A stretch of 64,000 nt of DNA from Candidatus Latescibacterota bacterium (GTDB lineage Bacteria > Latescibacterota > UBA2968 > UBA8231). Below, piece after piece: positions 60,801-64,000 of this stretch. The DNA lies in NCBI GenBank assembly GCA_965215195.1, contig CBDCDC010000002.1:1184001-1248000 (forward strand). The letters are read 5' to 3'. Every line of letters begins with the position of its first letter. The first letter of the stretch is position 1. The position numbers were made by a program, and so were the translations under genes. The notes below the pieces were generated by a model. The model had not been told where the DNA came from and ran no database searches. It saw only the letters and a list, made by a program, of their open reading frames with translations.

Positions 60801-61009
60801 CCACGGTGACGACCGTGCTAGGCCTGCTGCCGATGGCACTTTCTACAGGTCAGGGCGCGGAATTGCACCAGCCAATGGCTTGGGTCATCATCGGCGGGCT
60901 GACGCTGTCGACCGGGCTGACGCTGATCGTGGTCCCGGTCGTGTACTCATTGGTGTGCGGTCGTCAATCCGCAGATGGACAGCAGGGCGCAGAGGCAAAA
61001 CTAGGCTAG
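57863..61009 (+). CDS. RND efflux permease (AcrB/AcrD/AcrF family)
   Basis: 1048 aa; GILVDNSIIV, GIVVNDSI, RLRPIAMT; overlaps the MFP stop. Confidence 0.93.
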   Translation: MAANLTASCVRRPVTTVVVYAAAVLLGLYSFYQMGVDFLPDVEVQKLAVKTECPGVAAIDIEEEVAQTIEAALSGLYNIRNMRSISRDDLSMIYLEFSWDANMDLTFIKVRNKLDRIQQLLPDFAARPTILRFDPSSSPFMMLAVSGDRIERPVSDEDYRAALVELKNVAEAVVKPRLEQIRGVAQALVAGGLEREVEVEIDRRKCLAYGVGFADVEAALTRFSANSAGGTIREGHLVYPLRIDGRYRELEDIRKVPVKRVDNATVFLEDIATAQYGFKEPTGYNRLNGKDTITLYLYKKSGDNTVETAQKVEAALAALALEFPDFRVIPVFDQAKFIQEAVDNVLSSLYWGGFFAVLVLFLFIRDWKSPLVVGLAVPVSIVITFAVMYSIGIHFNVVSLGGLALGIGILVDNSIIVLDNVKRLRDQGCSLVEAAIEGTREVSLPIAASTFTTVSVFFPLVYIEGLAGALYFDQAITVVASLTLSLLVSITLVSMLLSRGRATGQRSRRRVLTRFGDWADALGAGAIRRYERLLAVCLQNKAVTLVAIAAAAGLGLSLLSAVERELMPAVDRKQLVLEVEFPESSLLRRTLAEVAEIEQLLGADPAIQTVYSSVGTTDSAFDPSHRPGANKAVIEVKIAQGAHTDAVAARLKALGRTAAGYELSVRPPPSFLEHFFPQKTSDFDVRLNGEDWGELAAVSKAIAALMEDMPRFAHVHSSLVEGAGGYEVAIDHGQAALYGIDATKLAAFLRSEVQGSKPTQLADYSREVDVRLVVGRDGAPGTEALKRLSYPIRRQEQTVYVPVDQLVSIAPYTGYAALQRKNQSRTVEVGAELVQGDASEAQRQLEAAASGIEKPQSVWLEIGAVDEEMQEMLADLSLTLVISFCLVFAILAAKFESLKIPFVVIAVVPLALVCVVATLYATGQTLNFMSAMGAVVLVGIVVNDSIVKVDFIRNRHLAGADLHTAIAEAGRKRLRPIAMTTVTTVLGLLPMALSTGQGAELHQPMAWVIIGGLTLSTGLTLIVVPVVYSLVCGRQSADGQQGAEAKLG

Positions 61010-61017
61010 GGCAACCC

Positions 61018-62781
61018 CTACTGGTTTTCCGCGTCGTCCACGGCTTGATACGCAACCATCTCCCAGCCGTGAAACACCACCGCCAAGCCAATGTGCCGCA
61101 CCGACGGGGAGCGGCGGCGCAGGGACGGGTCCGCCAAATAGCCGCGCACCTGAAGCACGGCCTCCTGCACCTTGTCCGCTAGTAGGGATTCGTCAAGCGA
61201 CTCGCTTCGTTTCACATACTTGAGTTCCAACACATAGCCGAAACCCACGTCGGGATACTGGGCGAGGAACGGCTCCAAATACAAATCCGCGTACCCCTTG
61301 TTCAGTTCGTACTCCGAGTGCAGTAGAAACTGATCCACCCTGCTCAAGTGGGCGGCGACAAAACCGTGGATGACCTTCTCGCCGTCCATGTAATCGCGGA
61401 TGCCGGTTTGCTCGGCGAGGGCATCGCGCAAAAAATCGAGGGCCGGCCGCCAAGCGCCATCGTAGGCCATCTGGCGCATCAGACGGGAGAAGGTGTACCC
61501 ATCGACGGAGAACACCTCCACATCGCCGTAGGCATCGCGCAGGTAGCCGTACATTAGCCGCTTGACCGTTTGATTGGGAATGCCCAACCGGGGCACTCCG
61601 TGCGCCACAGCGCGAATGCTGAGCAGGCCGAAGTAATACAGCAGGGACAGGAAGTTTTCGCGTTGGTCTAACTGTTCTAGCGGAAAACTGATTTGAATGT
61701 CACTCTCGGCGGTCTGCTCGCCGATGATGTGGCGCAGCAGGTCGAAGTTGCCGTTGAGTTGGCGATTGACCGTCAGCAGGTGGCGCAACTTGCCGTAGTC
61801 AATGCGCACGTTGGTATCGATCAATTCCCGCGGCCCCCGTTTGTTTGGCATGGATTCATCGAGGAAATAGAGCACCATGTCGGTGTTGTACAGGTCGCCT
61901 TGGGCATCCTCGGCGAACCGATAGCCATTGTACCACTCCCGCATCACCGCCAGCGCGGCTTCGACCTCTTGATTGAACACACCGCAGTCGTGGTACATTT
62001 CCAGCAGGCCCCGCACCTCCTCTTCGGTGAAGCCGAGCATGTTGTTGAACTCCGGGCGCAAGCTGATGTTGCGGCCAATGTTGAAGCCGCTGGTCACGTC
62101 GTCCATGGTAATCGGTGACACCCCGGTGATGAAAAGCCGCTCCAAGCCGCCGCCGCTCTGCTCGGCACCGACCTTGAGCGTGGCGAAGAAATTGCGGTAG
62201 AAGCCGCCGCCGTGAGTGAAGGACTGGTACGCCGCCTCGCCGTGATAGGCCAGCACCGTGTTGGCGAAGTTGTCGTATTCGTCGATGAGCACATACAGCG
62301 GAATGCCGTGGTCGTTGGCGTACAGGAACAACTCGTTGAGCTGCCCAGTGACCGAGTGCGGCGAGCGGATGTGCTGCCGCGCCGCCTCGGGAAACAAATC
62401 CGCATTGCGCTCCAGCGCATACCGGACCACCAGTTGACAATACTCTTCAAAGCGTTCTCGCAAGGTTTCCAAGGTATCGTCAAACGCCGAAAAGTTGAAG
62501 CGCAGGACGACGTAGCGATGGCGGTTTTCCGTCGGCTGCTGCCCCAAGTGAGTGCCGCCGAAGACGGCCTCAAATTCGTCGGCGCGGTTGCGGTCGTAGT
62601 AATTCTCTAGCAAGGACACCCAGCAGGTCTTGCCAAAGCGGCGCGGACGAATCAGAAAGACGTAGCGTTCCCCTTCGAGCGCGTGGACGAAGCGGGTCTT
62701 ATCGACGTAGAGGCGCTTTTCCAAGCGGATGGCGCGGAAATTGGCCCAGCCGTAGGGGATGCGCGGGTAGGATGCAGTCAT
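61018..62781 (-). CDS. AAA-ATPase-like plus PD-(D/E)XK nuclease, second paralog
   Basis: IPYG..F..YVDKT, RPRRFGKT, LIDEYDNF, GYADL..LELK; AGGAG RBS before ATG at 62781. Confidence 0.92.
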   Translation of the reverse strand: MTASYPRIPYGWANFRAIRLEKRLYVDKTRFVHALEGERYVFLIRPRRFGKTCWVSLLENYYDRNRADEFEAVFGGTHLGQQPTENRHRYVVLRFNFSAFDDTLETLRERFEEYCQLVVRYALERNADLFPEAARQHIRSPHSVTGQLNELFLYANDHGIPLYVLIDEYDNFANTVLAYHGEAAYQSFTHGGGFYRNFFATLKVGAEQSGGGLERLFITGVSPITMDDVTSGFNIGRNISLRPEFNNMLGFTEEEVRGLLEMYHDCGVFNQEVEAALAVMREWYNGYRFAEDAQGDLYNTDMVLYFLDESMPNKRGPRELIDTNVRIDYGKLRHLLTVNRQLNGNFDLLRHIIGEQTAESDIQISFPLEQLDQRENFLSLLYYFGLLSIRAVAHGVPRLGIPNQTVKRLMYGYLRDAYGDVEVFSVDGYTFSRLMRQMAYDGAWRPALDFLRDALAEQTGIRDYMDGEKVIHGFVAAHLSRVDQFLLHSEYELNKGYADLYLEPFLAQYPDVGFGYVLELKYVKRSESLDESLLADKVQEAVLQVRGYLADPSLRRRSPSVRHIGLAVVFHGWEMVAYQAVDDAENQ

Positions 62782-62902
62782 GGCGACTCCTAAAACGAGT
62801 TGACGTACCTGAGCGTAAGGTTTGAGTGTACCGAGCGCAACGTGCGGGGGCCATTGAGCCGTCAATGCTTGCGAGTCGTCCAAGCAATGTTGTCTTTACT
62901 AG

Positions 62903-63054
62903 CTTAGTACACGACCCCTAAAGTAGGCGCCCCTTACTTTGAGTACGCCTTTTCTGCTGTTTCCGCTGGGTCCGGGATCGCGGGCGTCCCGCCCTCGACG
63001 AGGGCAAGATGCCCTCGATCCTTGGCAGGCTGAGGGCTGGTGTCGTGTAGTAAG
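62903..63054. mobile_element. 152-bp MITE, copy 2 (inverted)
   Basis: Reverse complement of 44078-44229 with 8 substitutions by manual count; degenerate TSD ctttactag/ctcaactag. Confidence 0.88.
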
Positions 63055-63116
63055 CTCAACTAGTAAAGAATGTAAGAACCTTTGCTCTTTTTACCTCTAC
63101 CAAGGCCAATCCACGT

Positions 63117-63338
63117 ATGGACCCGATCCGAATTAGCACGATCTCATCCAAGGGCCAGACCACGGTGCCCGTGGCCATTCGCCGCTCGCTGGACCTGCAT
63201 CCGGGGGATGCCATCGCCTATCGAATAGAGGGCGATAAGGTAAGCATCTGCAAAGCCGCGAAAATCGACCTAGCGTGGGCTAGGGCCCTCGAACAGACCT
63301 TGACGGAGTGGCAGGACGAGGAAGACGATGATCTGTAG
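63117..63338 (+). CDS. AbrB/MazE-type antitoxin
   Basis: STISSKGQTTVPVAIRRSLDLHPGD; acidic EW.DEEDD tail. Confidence 0.85.
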   Translation: MDPIRISTISSKGQTTVPVAIRRSLDLHPGDAIAYRIEGDKVSICKAAKIDLAWARALEQTLTEWQDEEDDDL

Positions 63339-63622
63339 CCCTTTTGACATCGTCGAGGTGCCTTTCCCGTTCAGCGATGTGCCCCGCTCCAAACGCCGCA
63401 AGGCATTCGCTGTTTTCAACCAGAAAAACGCCTCCAGCCTGCTCATGATGATCACCAGTGCCACCCGCAGTGCTTGGCATCTCGATGTGTCCATTGAGCA
63501 GTGGCACCAAGCGGGCTTGCCCGGATGAAACTGTTCACGTTGGACAACGGACGATGGGGCGCTTGACCGCGGAAGACCAGCGGCGGGTAACGCAGGCATT
63601 GCGAGCGGCCCTGCCCTGCTGA
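63328..63622 (+). pseudogene. PemK/MazF toxin, broken by several indels
   Basis: FDIVEVPFPFSD..SKRR..MITSA..AGLP in frame 1; MKLFTLDN and GRLTAEDQRRVTQALRAALPC* follow after frame breaks. Confidence 0.8.
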
Positions 63623-63820
63623 CTTAAAACTCCCAACCACCTGACAATCGCATCACCTTTTGCGGATTCGCTTCGACTGAGCTCGCCGAAGGGTTTCCGC
63701 CAAGTACGCGGGCAGCCTGCCCGCCAGCGGATTTGTTAATTTTTGTGGGACTGGCAAGCGGACCAGGGTTTCCACTACGCCGGTCTTCAACACCAATTCC
63801 CACCTCCCCATGCGTTCCTA

Positions 63821-64000
63821 GCGCACTGCGACAATTGGGACGCACTTGCTCTAACCTATTGTAAACACGCGAAATAGAAGTTAAACGGATGTACAGGTGC
63901 GTCGAAAGGGTGCAATTGCAGCGCGATTCGGCGTTTTGTCTGGAATGTCCTCATTTCTTGTAACTATCTGTATAACAATCAGTTGTGGTCTTATAGGTCA
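63821..64000 (+). promoter_or_regulatory. Second copy of the UAS-IHF(-sigma54) module; -24/-12 predicted just outside the window
   Basis: Ungapped alignment to 56450-56629 at a constant offset of 7371 bp. Confidence 0.75.

Overview
A GC-rich bacterial window using the standard code 11. The gene content (FG-GAP/UnbV, TPR, two PhyH-family dioxygenases, a PorZ-like propeller, a 14-repeat ankyrin protein, two AAA-PD-(D/E)XK nucleases) suggests an FCB-group, possibly host- or sponge-associated organism such as Ca. Latescibacterota; this is inference only. Positions 1-31.9 kb are accessory and catabolic: PPIase-UnbV-TPR operon, prpD, transporters, oxidoreductases, an IS701 nested in a MITE-like element, crcB, an R-M locus bracketed by ~475-bp direct repeats, and a TonB-dependent receptor. 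Positions 32-56.4 kb are housekeeping (tRNA-Lys, efp-accB-accC-gcvH, scpAB-rluB-cmk-rpsA, mutS, rlmB, lptD, dtd-maf-rodZ-priA), interrupted by a MITE and an ankyrin gene. Positions 56.4-64 kb carry a sigma54-driven RND pair, a second AAA-nuclease, a MITE, a decayed TA pair and a second copy of the sigma54 enhancer module. Most notable: (i) a repeat-bounded, potentially excisable R-M / AAA-nuclease cassette array sharing one duplicated promoter; (ii) all three toxic genes (HigB, REase, MazF) carry lesions while their partners are intact; (iii) a 152-bp MITE family with 9-bp TSDs; (iv) a duplicated, ungapped ~180-bp UAS-IHF-sigma54 module; (v) a DARPin-like ankyrin mosaic; (vi) a rod-like candidate ncRNA upstream of prpD. 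All family assignments come from motif recognition, not database searches.
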